A stretch of DNA of 64,000 nucleotides, taken from the NCBI GenBank assembly GCA_965644315.1, contig CBFFRQ010000054.1, positions 62,001-126,000 on the forward strand, given 5' to 3'. Source of the DNA: Caecitellus pseudoparvulus (lineage: Eukaryota; Protista; Bigyra: Bicosoecida). Shown here one piece after another: positions 22,186 through 33,606 of this stretch; the first letter of the stretch is position 1; every line of letters begins with the position of its first letter. The notes under the pieces are model-generated. The model made no database searches. It saw nothing but the letters and a program-made list of their open reading frames with translations, and had not been told where the DNA came from. The position numbers were made by a program, and so were the translations under genes.

Positions 22186-24244
22186 GGTGTAGGCTGGCGT
22201 CGATTGTTCGCGGAATTTGCCACCAGCTCAGTGGCGCCGATTGCGTCTGCGGAGGGATTGAGGCAGAGATTGGACGCTGATGCAGCTGGCTTTAGCTTGT
22301 TAGAGTGCCTGGGGCCCAAGAGCTTGCCCGAAAAAGACCCAAGCGAGACACTTGATGGGCACACATGCTGGGTGCAGGCGGGAAAAACGCCGCCGACACT
22401 CACAGCACTTGTGCTCTCCAGGCAACAGGGAGCGATCAGGGAACTCACAGCGGTAAAGTGCAGGTTCCAAGCGTGTAATATCGTTCTGAGTGTCCTGGAG
22501 GTTGCTCGATTTTGAGTTTCAGCAGCATGTGTTCGTCGGGCGAGGTAAGGCGCATGCGCCAGGCACGACGCAATTGATCCTCAGCTGCAACTGGGCCACC
22601 ACGCCTGTCTGTCAAAACCGAACTGCCCTCCCCCCATGCAGCCACCCCCTGCCTTTGTCTGGTGATACTATGAGTGTATTATGTGCAGGCTGTGTGACTT
22701 TCAAGCTCAGCAGAGTGCTTGGCCCGGGCGTTGTGTGTGTCAAGTTCTTTGCCTTGGAGTCACCTGGGCGAAGCTGCGAGTCCAAAGTCCTGAAACAATA
22801 ACTGGAGCACAAATGACCAGGAAATCCTTGACGGTGACAGAACCTAGGCTCACCAACCGTGCCCAAGTTTCAAAAGGCGCTGCGTTGCGGCACACGCGGC
22901 TCGTAGCTTGTGCGTTGGACAAGCCACGGTAAAAGCACCCCAGCACACATCACCAGCCAGCGCTCAGTTCCGTCTGTGAAGACCTCCTCATCCTATGCTA
23001 TACAAAGTTTGACCAGCTGCAGCCATGGGGTGTTGCTCAGGAAGCTCAGCATTTCGCCGAATATTGTCGCCCCAGCACTTGACGCTGGAATGCTTTCCTC
23101 TGTGAGCTGACTCAGCACAAGCCCTTCTCCGCATGGCCTTGCACTGATGCATTGCCACCGCACCACAGCCCATCTGCTTCTGAAAAGGGAAGCCTGAGAG
23201 GGCGCAGACTTTACCCTGCTAGTCTACCGACGGTTGGCAAGCCGCGCACTGGCAATTTAGCAGCTCGCATGTGTGAGCTGGTGGAGAGTGCGATCCATTC
23301 ACACCCCAGGACTTGCTTGCGACAACTTGGAGCGTGGATATGTAAAGGTTAAGAAACTTGTGTGCCAGCAAGTTTGATGCATCAATGCACAGAGCGATTG
23401 ATTCGGGCGTTGCGAGGCTGAATACTTGTCGCCGCCGCGTCAGTGGCCGACCAATGTGCAGCTGCGCGGTTCACAGTCAGGCTTTCGCACACTCAAGACG
23501 AGCCATCCTCTCAACCAAGGCAAAGCACGTGTATTTTGGCTTGCCAGCGAGCGCCGCCCCCTCCTTCTCGCCGTGTGGAAGCTTACCACCCGCCGAACAC
23601 AAGTTGGCGCGAGAAGGCCCGCCAAGGCTCGGACCCCGCCCCAACCCCCCCTTCTCGATAGCAGCGCACCAACACAGACGACAATTAAGCATACAATCCC
23701 TTCTTCACTGCAAACTTCACGCACTCGCCCGCTACCTTAGCCTCAAGCCTCCTGCTACATCTGCTCACGCAACTTCAGCGCCCCACCGGTTGAACGTTTC
23801 CCAGCTGCAACGCACCTGGCCACTTTTGCACAGCGGCCGCCTTTCGTTGTCAGGACCCACCATGACGTGCCATACTCCCATGCTAGTGAGTGGCTATGCT
23901 TTCGGAAGGGCCGCAGGGCGTGCTAGCTCGATGATGGCGCAGTTTCGACTGCGGCATACAAGTTGCGCATGTGCGGGTGGTACGGGACGCCAAGCCTCTG
24001 GGAAGAGTGTGGGCACCCAAGCATCCCTTTGTTGCACCTGCGGTCTGATAAGGAACCCCTTTGTTGCTGTCCAGCTGTGTTCAAGTGTGTCCGTGTGCTT
24101 CGGCGTCGTTCGATCATCGCCACCGTGTCAGCACGAGATGAAACAAATTGCGCGCGCAATGCCTCGACTCCCTGCCTTGCCCCACCGAGTTGGCACACCA
24201 TTTATAAACACCACACACGTGTTCTGCACCCTGTCACTTCACAG

Positions 24245-26325
24245 CTGCCTTTCGGGGCACCTGCACGGCTTGCGCTGCTCTGCCTTGCTGCAGCTGCCGC
24301 AACAGTTCGCGCCTCCACTGGAGAGAACGACTTCCGATGGAGAGAAACGATTGACTGCACACCAAACTGCAATTCTTGGACCTTTCGAGATGCTGGCTTT
24401 GGCAGCGCCGCCGCAAATCGCTTGGAAGGCTCCATCTCCTACGCCATAACGACCAGCAACCCAGACGACTACTATGATGTGTACATCGGCCCCCGTGCCT
24501 CACCTGACTCAACCGCTGATGCCTATGCTGATGGAGATGTCTCTCCATCAAGCGACGATCTATGGGTTTACTTTGGCCGACTCACCTCGTCCAACCCGTC
24601 CCTTGACGTGAGCCTGACCCCCCTTGGCTGGGAACTTCCATCGATTGCCATCAAGTGTAGCAACTGGGTTTCTCCCTGCGTGGCAGACATCCAAATCGAT
24701 GTGTACCGTGTGCGCTTCGATGACGACCCCGGTTGCCCATCTGGTTTCGAGCTCCTGCCGCCCACCGTCGAACGCAACAGCCGTGGCTTGGCGTGGGCCT
24801 GGCCCTCAGACTTCAACGGCATCGACGTCACCAACTCCGACCACTTAGTGTGCGGAGACTACATCAAAGGCCGTCGAGCCGGCACTTCAACGCTCAGCTG
24901 GTCAGGGGTCGCTCTGCGCTCCCTGGATGGGTACAACTTCGTTGCCTGCGATGGGGCGCCGCTGTGCATGCGGAGCTGCCCCACAAACACCCACTTCTCC
25001 ATGAACACGGCCGTTGTCGTGCCAACCGCATCCAACTGTGGCGGTTGGGTCGGTTTCGACTTCAACTGCCAAGATGGCAACTCTCTGTCCATTGTCGGCT
25101 CCGAGTGCAGGCTGGGGTGCCCTGGCGGACAGTTCTGCGACATCACCGACCGATCCTCGGGCCTGGCGGCCAGGCACCCGCATCCCCCAGCCCTGCAGCG
25201 CCGTCTCCATCGCGTCGCCCAGCCAGCTCTGCGTCCAACAGCCCTCAACCAGCGGCCCCGTCGCCGTCAAACAGCCCTGCGGGCAATGCCTGCCCCCGAA
25301 ACGCCGAGGATCCTGGCAGGAACATTGATGAGATCGAGGTAGTGAACCCGGGCAGCCAGGCCGAGTGCAATGGCTGGGAGTTTGATGACTTCGGCTGCTC
25401 GCCAAAGACGTCCTTCCGCACCGTGAAAGTGAATGGCTTGTGTCAGTTTAAGTGCATCAGCGGGTGGTTTGCGTGTGTGCCGACGTCCCAGAACGCAGCT
25501 GGCCCACGGATTCCTGCATCACCATCTCCCACGCCCACCAGTTCATATGGAGCGCTCCCGACGCCAACCAACACTCCAGCACCTGCGTCGCCGTCCAACA
25601 CACCTCCTGCCCCGTCTCCCAGCAACACACCAGCTGACACCTGCCCCGGTGAAGCTGAGGAGCCGACCACCCGCACCGACAATGTGATCGTCGTTAACCC
25701 CAGCGATGGCGCAGAGTGCAATGGCTGGGAGTTCGATGACCTGGGCTGCTCCCCCAAGACGTCCTTCCGCACCGTGAAAGCCAACGGTCAGTGCCAGTTC
25801 CAGTGCATCAGCGGATGGTTCGCGTGTGTGCCAACGTCTCAGACCGCCGCTGGACCACGGTACACCGCCCCCACTGGCACGGCAGCTGTCGATCAAGCCG
25901 GTGCAGCATCTTCATCAAGCACAACTAAATCCTCCTCTGAAGGGGGGGGTGCAGGTGTCGCTGCAGGGGGTGCTGTGGCTGCCGTGGTGGTGGTCGCAGC
26001 GCTGGTCGCTGGAGTGTGGTACTGGCGTCGCAGCTCCGCCGCCAAGCGGTCAGGCGCAGATGCTACCCCCACTAAGGAAGACCCCACAGCATCGTCCGAT
26101 GAACCCAAGACCTCTGGAGATGCTCCTGCTGCTGCTGCTGCGAACCCAGTCAATTCCGCCACGGCGCCGCAGGCTGCAGTCCCAAGCGACCCGAGCTCTG
26201 GCCCTCCTGGGAGCCAGGGTGCGCGCCCCCCTGTGCCTGGAGCAACGCAACCTGCACCTGGCATGTCCCAGCCCCCACCTTACCACATGGCAGCCTTCCA
26301 AGGCTCCAACCCGCTGCGCCGGTGA
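24245..26325 (+). CDS. Type I membrane protein with Cys-rich repeats, Pro/Ser/Thr linkers and a cytosolic PPPY motif; apparent 1-nt frameshift near 25160; start exon unresolved
   Basis: Signal-like LALLCLAAAAATVRA in ORF 23963..25342. The C-terminal half in ORF 24733..26325 has a duplicated ECNGWEFDDxGCSPKTSFRTVKxNGxCQFxCISGWFACVP, TM AVAAVVVVAALVAGVWYW followed by RR, and QPPPYH. Confidence 0.7.
25363..25860 (+). repeat. Intragenic direct repeat (~147 bp, 351 bp apart) encoding the Cys-rich module
   Basis: 25363-25509 and 25714-25860 are near identical. Confidence 0.9.
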
Positions 26326-26573
26326 TCAGATTCTGAACGGCGGCGCCGGCCACCCCCCCGTGACGTGCACTGACCCCCCCTCAGAATGCAAACGCTGAGG
26401 CCCGGCAATTTACCTCCAAACTTGGCAGGCCAAGCCCATTGCCTTTCAAAGGAACCCACTTGCCGCCCGCTCTGCGTTCGCACCTCCGGCCGGTACACGT
26501 GCCCGGCCTCCACGTCATCTTTCCGCCAATCGAAGGTCTGGAAGAACCTCGCGGGCCTGGCGCTGTGCACCAC

Positions 26574-27470
26574 ATGGCCGCTGGCGTTGTGAGGCTGGAT
26601 GCGCCCAGCGACATCGCCTCTGACGCGTGTGCCTGTGTGACGGCGGTGTGCTGCCCGCCTGGCGGCGCGACAGGCCACAGTGCGGGTCGGCCGGGGGCAG
26701 ACCAGCGACGGGAATCTACGGCGTCTGCGTTGACTGACAGCAGCGGAGGGGACGAGGGAGCGAGCGAAGTGCAGCTAGGAGACGCCTCTGGGTCGCTTGT
26801 GCAGGGATACGTCCCACGCCTGTGGAGCAGCGTCGGTGACGGCGTGTACCGATGTGAGTGAAGGCGGTTGCGGAAATTGGTTGCCAGGCCACTGCAGGCA
26901 AGCGCTGATGAAGCCACGGGGACGGCAGCCCAGACTAACCCTGGCGCACAAGCTTTCCAACACGCACAGGCGCATACCCAGAGCCGCGGCACTTCTGGCT
27001 GCTCGCCCACGTGGGCATTCGCACCGTTGTGAACCTGCTGGACCAGCTGCCTGACCAGTGAGTTGAAGCGTGCACGCGCAGCAGCAGAGCCTCCAAGCTG
27101 CACGAATTGGCCCGCCACCATCAAATACGGCAGGTACAAGTCCTTCTTAGTGCAGCATGGCATCCGGTACATCCACTGTCCCGTGAAGGGGAACAAAGTG
27201 ACCAGCGAAGACATGTCCCGCACCCGGGTGAACGCCTGTTTGCGGGCGGTGCAGACGCCTGCACTGCAGCCTGTGCTGGTGCACTGCCGCAGCGGCAAGC
27301 ACCGGACGGGGGCTGTGATGGGGTGCTTGCGGGTGCTGCAGGGGTGGCCCGTTGCTGACGCGTGTGACGAGTACGTGGCAGTTGCGAGCCCCAAGCAGCG
27401 CGACGTGGACTGCGAGTTCATCGCAGCACTGCAGCCTGCCCGAGTGCAGGGGGGGCACGGCAGTGGCTGA
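26574..27470 (+). CDS. Siw14/OCA-family (PFA-DSP) tyrosine / inositol-pyrophosphate phosphatase
   Basis: Catalytic motif PVLVHCRSGKHRTG. Spliced VPRLWSSVGDGVYRC|AYPEPRHF..GIRTVVNL. Two introns with GTGAGT donors (~26855 and ~27058). Start uncertain. Confidence 0.85.
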
Positions 27471-27477
27471 ATGCATT
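27470..27477. promoter_or_regulatory. Palindromic AATGCATT: candidate bidirectional 3'-end/poly(A) signal between convergent genes
   Basis: Lies in the 10-nt gap between the phosphatase stop (27470) and the eIF5B stop (27481). AATGCA recurs downstream of many other genes. Confidence 0.55.
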
Positions 27478-27480
27478 GCT

Positions 27481-30400
27481 CTACAGGACGCCCAGCTGTT
27501 TCTTGATGTCCACCAGCAGCATCCACTCGTCGCGCTTGACGTCTGAACGGAATTCGGCCTTGAGGGCGTCGATGCTCTCCCGCGTAATACGCGAGACCAG
27601 CTCGTGGGAGGCGTCGAAGTGGCGCCCGAACATGATGTGGCGCTGGTCGTCTGAGGGCTCGATCTTGACGGCCACGTCGGGGTCGCCCGCCTTGCTCACT
27701 TCCTTCTCCTCGTGGTTGTGCTGGATGGAAGTGACACGGCCCAACTCAACGATGACGGGGTCACCCCGCTCGGAGCGCCCCGTGACGGCACACAGCGGCG
27801 TGCCGATGCGCAGGCGGCCCTCCTTCACAGTGCACCCCAGCACGATGGGGTTCTTCTTGTTGAAGATGGCGGTGGGCACGATGGAGAGGCGGGCGGGGAA
27901 GACCGCCACCGCCGCCGCCGCCGCCTGGCGCTTGGCGCGCTCCGCCTCCATGTACTTCTCGAACATGTCGGTGAGGTGGTAGATGATGTCGGCGCTGAAG
28001 ATGCGCACACCCGCCGCCTCGGCGTACGCGGCCGCGTCGGGCGTCGTCGGCACGTCGAAGGCCAGCATGACGGCGAAGCGGGGGTCCTCGCGATCTAACA
28101 TCGTGCTGGCCTCCATCACGTGGCGCTTGTGGATGGGCCCCAAGTTCACCCCCGCGATGGGGATGGGCGGCTCCTGCCCCTTCAAGTACTCCAGCAGCGC
28201 CTCCAGGGACCCTAGCGTGCTGGCCTGCACGAACAGCCCCGTGGCCTGCTTGTTGAAGCCCTGCGTGATGGCCTCCAGGTCTGCCTGCACCTCCTCCTCC
28301 AGGTGCGGCACGTAGTCGTCCTTGTGCTTCACCAGCAGCTGCGTGCCGGCGACGGCGTCGGCCAGCCCCGGCGCGGCGATCTTCACGCCCATGGCCCCCA
28401 CGATGTGCTTGTGGTGCACGTAGTCCGCCTTGACGCGGATCTCCTTGGCAGGCGGCGGCGTCAGCAGGGCCCGCACCTTGGTCACGATGGGCCCCTTCAT
28501 GCCGCAGACGACGATCTCGTCGCCCACAGACAGCTCGCCGTTCACCAGGACGATGTCGATGGTGGTGCCCAGGCCGTCGATGCCCTTCACCTCCAGCACC
28601 GTGGCCACGGGGAACGGCACGAAGGACAGCTTGGCGGCCATGAGCTGCTGTGTTAGGCGCACCAGGACGGACAGCAGGTCAGGCACGCCCTCGCCCGTGT
28701 GGGCAGACGTGGGCACGACGCTGACCACCTTCTTGGGGCTGTCGTTCTCGTAGTACAGCTTGGCGTTCAGGCCCTGCTCCGCCAGCGCCGTCAGCGCCGC
28801 CTGCGTCCGCGTCTCGAACTCGTCCACCGTGTTGGCGGGCTGGGCTGCCAGGCTATCCCGGATGGGGCGGTTGGGCTCGCTCTTCCAGCCGTACAGGCGG
28901 TCCACCTTGTTCAGGGCGACGATGAAGGGCGTCTTGCCGCGGCGCAGCAGGTTCAGGCTCTCAATCGTCTGTGGCTCCAGCCCGTGCATGATGTCAATGA
29001 CCAGCACGGCGATGTCGCACAGCGACGAGCCGCGCGACCGCAGGTTGGTGAAGCTCTCGTGCCCCGGCGTGTCGATGACCAGGAGGCCGGGGATCTTGTA
29101 CTCCAGGGCGGACAGACCGCCCGCCTCCGCCAGCTTGTCCGTGCTGCGGCGCAGGCGGTCGATGGGGAAGTACGTCGCGCCGATCTGCTGCGTGATGCCG
29201 CCCGCCTCGCCGCCCTGCACGTTCGTGCGCCGGATCTGGTCCAGCAGCTTCGTCTTGCCCGTGTCCACGTGCCCCATGACGCAGCAGATGGGGCTGCGCA
29301 GGCGGTCCTTGGAGCGCAGCGCCTTGGCCGCCGCCTTGCGCTCCGCCCGCCGTGCCTTGCTGCGCTCCATGCACTCCTCCTCAGGGTAGCCCAGCTGTTC
29401 GTCGGCGATGGCGGCGCCCTGCTTGGCCGCCACTGCCGCCCACAGCTCCTCGTCCGTCAAGGCACCGGCGCCCGTGTCCACCGCCACGCCGTCCTCATCC
29501 ACCAGCCCGCCCAGGGCGTCGGCCTCGTCCCCGTCAGCGGCGTCCCAGTCGCCCTCAAAGCCGGTGGCGATGGCGCCCACCATAGTCTTGTCGCCGATGG
29601 TCTTGTCGCCCGTGTCGTCCCCCAGCAGGTCCTCCCAACCCACGGAGTCGGCATGGATGGCCGCCGCCTCGGCAATCACATCTGCCGCCGTCTTGGTGGA
29701 GTGCTTGGCAGTCTTGCCGGGCGCCTTGGGTGCAGGCGCAGACACCGCCTCCTCTGGCGCTGCTGCAGAGGCCGGCCCTGCAAAGGCCGCCTTGTCGTCC
29801 ACCACCGGCGTCTCGGTGTGCTTGGCCGCTTTGCTCTGGCGGGTGGCCAGGGCGGCGCCGGAGGTGCCTGCGTCAGCTGAGATGCCCAGGCGCGCACGCT
29901 GCGCCTCCAGCTTCGCACGGGCCGCCTTGCTCATGCCCTTGCCCCTGCCCTTCTTCGCAGCCGCCTTGCGAGCCTTGGATGCGGCATTCCGTGCGGCACG
30001 CTCCTCCGCCTCTTTCTTCTCAGCAGCCGCCGCCTCGGCAGCCGCCGCCCGAGCAGCCTCCTCCTCTGCTGCCTTCGCAGCCTCTGCTGCGCGGCGGGCC
30101 TCCTTGGCCGCCAGCGCCTTGGCGGCGATGCCCGTCACTTTCTTGGGCTTGCCCGCTGCTGCTGCTGCGGCAGGGGCAGGCGCGTCGCCGGCGGCCTTCT
30201 TGCCGCCGCCACCGCCTCGCTTGCGTCGAGGCTTCTTGGCCGCACCGGCGTCAGTCGCGACGCCCATGGATGCCAGCAGTGCTGCAGCATCGTCTCTGTG
30301 CCGTGGGAGGGGGAGCGGCAACGTGGGCGAGCCAGCGGAACATGCAGCACACCGCGCACCAAGGCAGGGCCAGCAGCGGCAGGGGCGAGCAGCAACAAAG

Positions 30401-30625
30401 GCAAACCCCGCAAAATATGTAGGAGAACGACACAGCCAGGTGCAGGCGCCCTGATAGTTCAGGCCACGTGCACGCAGGGGCGCTCGTGGACGTGCAGTGC
30501 AGAGCCACGAAACGCTGTCACGCCCAACACGCCGCAGGTCAGCCCCGCCGCACGTGCTGCATGCACCACAATGAGAACGAAATAAACACGTACGCTGCAG
30601 GCTTGGAGCCTCCACTTGAAGACAT
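27481..30625 (-). CDS. eIF5B: Translation initiation factor eIF5B
   Basis: LRSPICCVMGHVDTGKT, GGITQQIGAT, IDTPGHESFTNLRSRGSSLCDIA, NKVD, QASTLGSLEALL, ITRESIDALK. The 5' end is uncertain (ATG at 30267, or a spliced start at 30625). Confidence 0.95.
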
Positions 30626-31236
30626 TTTCCTTGGCTGTGCAGTGGAGCAGCTGATGAAGCCTTGCTGGCTGACAACTGCAGGGAGTCGTGTGGACCGGGA
30701 AGAGAGACGGTCAGGCCCTGGGTAGAGGCTGGCAGCTCAGTTGTTCTGCCTAGAGTCAATCCTTGCTGTGTATTGCTCCGCACACAGGGTAGGGAGAAGC
30801 ACGACAGCTGCGGAGGGTGTGGTGCAAATTCCGCACGGTTTCCGACTGCCAAACGACCGGGTAAGAGTCAAAGGATGGATGCAGGGTAATTGCAGCCGGG
30901 TTGCGCAATGAGTGCACAGCCAGTAGGGCCTCCTTGCGGGGTGTGTGGAGGGGGGGGTCTCTCTGCCCTGCTTTGCGGGGGAGGAGGTGAGCTTGAGCGC
31001 TGGAGCCAGCTTTTGAGCACCCCCTCACCCTCCCCCCTGTTTGAAGCACCGCTTTTTCAAGGCGGAAGAGGGGGGGCGCCATTGTGACCCTGATGAAAAT
31101 CTCAATGCGCTGGCATCACCTCTTCCCCAACCTTTGCTTTCTGTTAGCCTGGCGCACTGCAAGGCGCGCAGGCCACACCGCGCTGCGTCACCTGCGTTGC
31201 AGCGAGCTGCCGCCAACTCCCGCGCCATCCACAAGC

Positions 31237-32034
31237 ATGGCTTCAGAAGCATCACAGGTGGACCTTCCTTGCAAGTTGCTTCGAGAAGGAAGTGGGGGCA
31301 GCTGGAGGTCCCACAGCGGCTTCAACCTACGCGTCTACCGCGCAAGTGGACTCGTGGTGTCACGCGTAGCACAGAGCGTAGGCAGACCAGTGCAAGGTAT
31401 CTGGATGGACATGTTGAGTCAAGATGTGATAGGGACACTCTCGCAACAGGATTCCTTTGCAAGCCCGCCCGCGCGGCAGCTCAAAGTGCTCGCGTTTCAA
31501 CCTGGCGTTGCCTGCCGCTGCGGCAGTGCAGCTGCGCAGCAGCAGCTCAGCGTCCGCTGCATCGGGAGCCGCAAGATGCAGCTCCAGCACACACGCGTAT
31601 GCAAGAGCGCGTCATGCTCCAGGCATGTTGACGCAGTACTGCTGTCCTTTGCTGACGCGGCCGCACTGCAGCAGGCGCTAAAGGCGGTTGCGGCTGCTGC
31701 GTTTCCCGTTGCGGGCGGCAAGGTGCACTGCGAAGTGCCACCACAGAACCTTCAAGAAGTGGGTGAAACCAGGTCCCATAGCCATGACCCTGTTCCTGCA
31801 ACGTCGAAACAAGCCGAAATCGGCTGGAAACTGGGCGACGAGCTTGACGCTGACACCCTTCGCCGGGTGCTGTCACACCCAGCCTTTCCGGGTGAGCTCG
31901 CCGGCCTCCGCCGCCTGCCCCCGTCACATCAGCAAACCTGGCACGCTGCAAACATCACAGGTGTGTTGAAGGCCGTCGCTGCGGCAACCTGTGCGGAGCT
32001 CTCAGGCATTGCAGCATCAGCGGGTGTGCATTAG
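31237..32034 (+). CDS. Hypothetical protein, REC114/PHS1-like candidate
   Basis: Removing in-frame intron 31892-31960 gives a C-terminus LRRVLSHPAFPG|VLKAVAAA resembling the REC114 LxxxLxDxxFPxFVxxVE motif. The N-terminal region is beta-rich and PH-like, ending in VLLSFADAAALQQALKAV. Confidence 0.45.
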   Translation: MASEASQVDLPCKLLREGSGGSWRSHSGFNLRVYRASGLVVSRVAQSVGRPVQGIWMDMLSQDVIGTLSQQDSFASPPARQLKVLAFQPGVACRCGSAAAQQQLSVRCIGSRKMQLQHTRVCKSASCSRHVDAVLLSFADAAALQQALKAVAAAAFPVAGGKVHCEVPPQNLQEVGETRSHSHDPVPATSKQAEIGWKLGDELDADTLRRVLSHPAFPGELAGLRRLPPSHQQTWHAANITGVLKAVAAATCAELSGIAASAGVH

Positions 32035-32089
32035 GTCCCGCTGCCTGTGAGAGGTATTGAGTTCTGCAGTGCCTTGCTGACAGCCTGGC

Positions 32090-33606
32090 TCAGAACAAGC
32101 TGGCTTTCTTCTTCAGCGTGGTGCGCTTCCACTTGGGAAGGGCGCGAAATGCAGCCACGTCCATCTTGAACACCTCTTGAAACTCTGCCTCAGACAAGTA
32201 CTCTTCTCGGCGGCTGGGGTCCACTCCATCTGGGAACGGCGGAGCCACGAGCTGCTCCAAAGGAATAGTCTGTGCTTCACTCGCTCCACCAGCAGATGTC
32301 GGTGTTGGACTGGCAGCTTCCCCTTTCGGAGTCGCTGCAGGCTCATGAGCAGCGGCAGCGGCTGCTGGGGCAGCTGCAGCTTGCGCCTGCTCCGCCGGCA
32401 CTGGCTCGCGTGTCTGCACTGGCTCACCCTGCACTGCCTCATCTGTTGGCTCAGACGCGGCCATGGACGCGGCGTGCTGGGCTGCCTTGAGGCCATTCTT
32501 TGCGTTCTCATTGCTAGGGTCCGATTCCAGCACACGCTTGAATGACGCGGCGGCAGCCGTGAACCGCTTGGCCTTCAGCTGGGCAAAACCAAGGTTGTAT
32601 GCGACGTCCACGAAGTCCTCCCCAGAGGAAGCGCTTGCTGCCACTTGCAAGTGAGGGATGGCCATCTCGTACTTGCCCTGCTGGAGCAGGAGCGTGCCCA
32701 GCGCTGCGCGGGCCTTGGTGTTATCTGGCTGCACCTCCACTACCTGTCGGAAGCCTTCGACAGCATCATCCAGCTTGCCCACGCGCATGAACAAAAAGGC
32801 CCGGTTAAACAGGCGGGTGTGAGTGGCTTCGATGGCAATGGCTTTGGAGTACAGCTCCTCTGCAGCTTCCAAGTTCCCTGCCGTGTCCTCTGCCACTGCT
32901 TGCTGGGACAGGGCCACTCCGTACAACTTGCGCACAGTTGCACCGTCAACTTTGCCAGCGCCTTCTTGATCCAGCACCGCCTCGTACGCAACTATGGCAT
33001 CCTTTAGCTGTCCGAGCTTGAGCAAGATGTTCGCACGGTCAGTCATCAAGGCCCCATCGGAGCTGCTGACCTCCAGTGCCTTGTCACACCACTCCAAAGC
33101 TTCGGCAAAGGCTTCTTTTGTCATGCACGCTGACACCAGCCCGCGGTAGGCCTGCAGGAAGCCACCATCGGCTTCAAGGACCTGCTTGAAACACTCCATG
33201 GCCTCCTCAAGTTGTCCAAGGCGGGTGCAAGCGACACCTGCTTCTTAGGGAAGTGCGCACGGTGTGTGTGCAAGCGTGACCACCCGAAACGTGAGCCAGC
33301 AACTTCCGCATCTGCCAGCGCAGAGCTGACAGCGAGGCCCGCCGCACCTTTGTTGTGCAGCGCATTGGTGTTCGTTGAGTCCAACCCAAGCGCCCTGTTG
33401 TACTCCTCCAGCGCCTCCTCCACCTTGCCGAGTCCAAGCAGGCAGGCACCGCAGTTCGTGTGAATAGCACCTGCCGCAACCGGGTCACTCGAAGCATCCA
33501 CCTCCGGCAGCGCGAGTAGGAATGCAGAGTACGCCTCGCTGTACCTTCCCTCGGCAAAGTCCTTGCTGGCTCCCTCCAGAGTCTGTGACAGGTCTGAACT
33601 GGCCAT
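32090..33606 (-). CDS. TPR-repeat protein with a C-terminal villin headpiece domain
   Basis: About 8-9 TPRs, joined by intron 33238-33347. Headpiece: PDGVDPSRREEYLSEAEFQEVFKMDVAAFRALPKWKRTTLKKKASLF. Confidence 0.9.

Noticed and set aside
23358-24449. 363-aa plus-strand ORF
   Set aside because: Composition is not protein-like, there are no motifs, and it overlaps the surface-protein gene in another frame.
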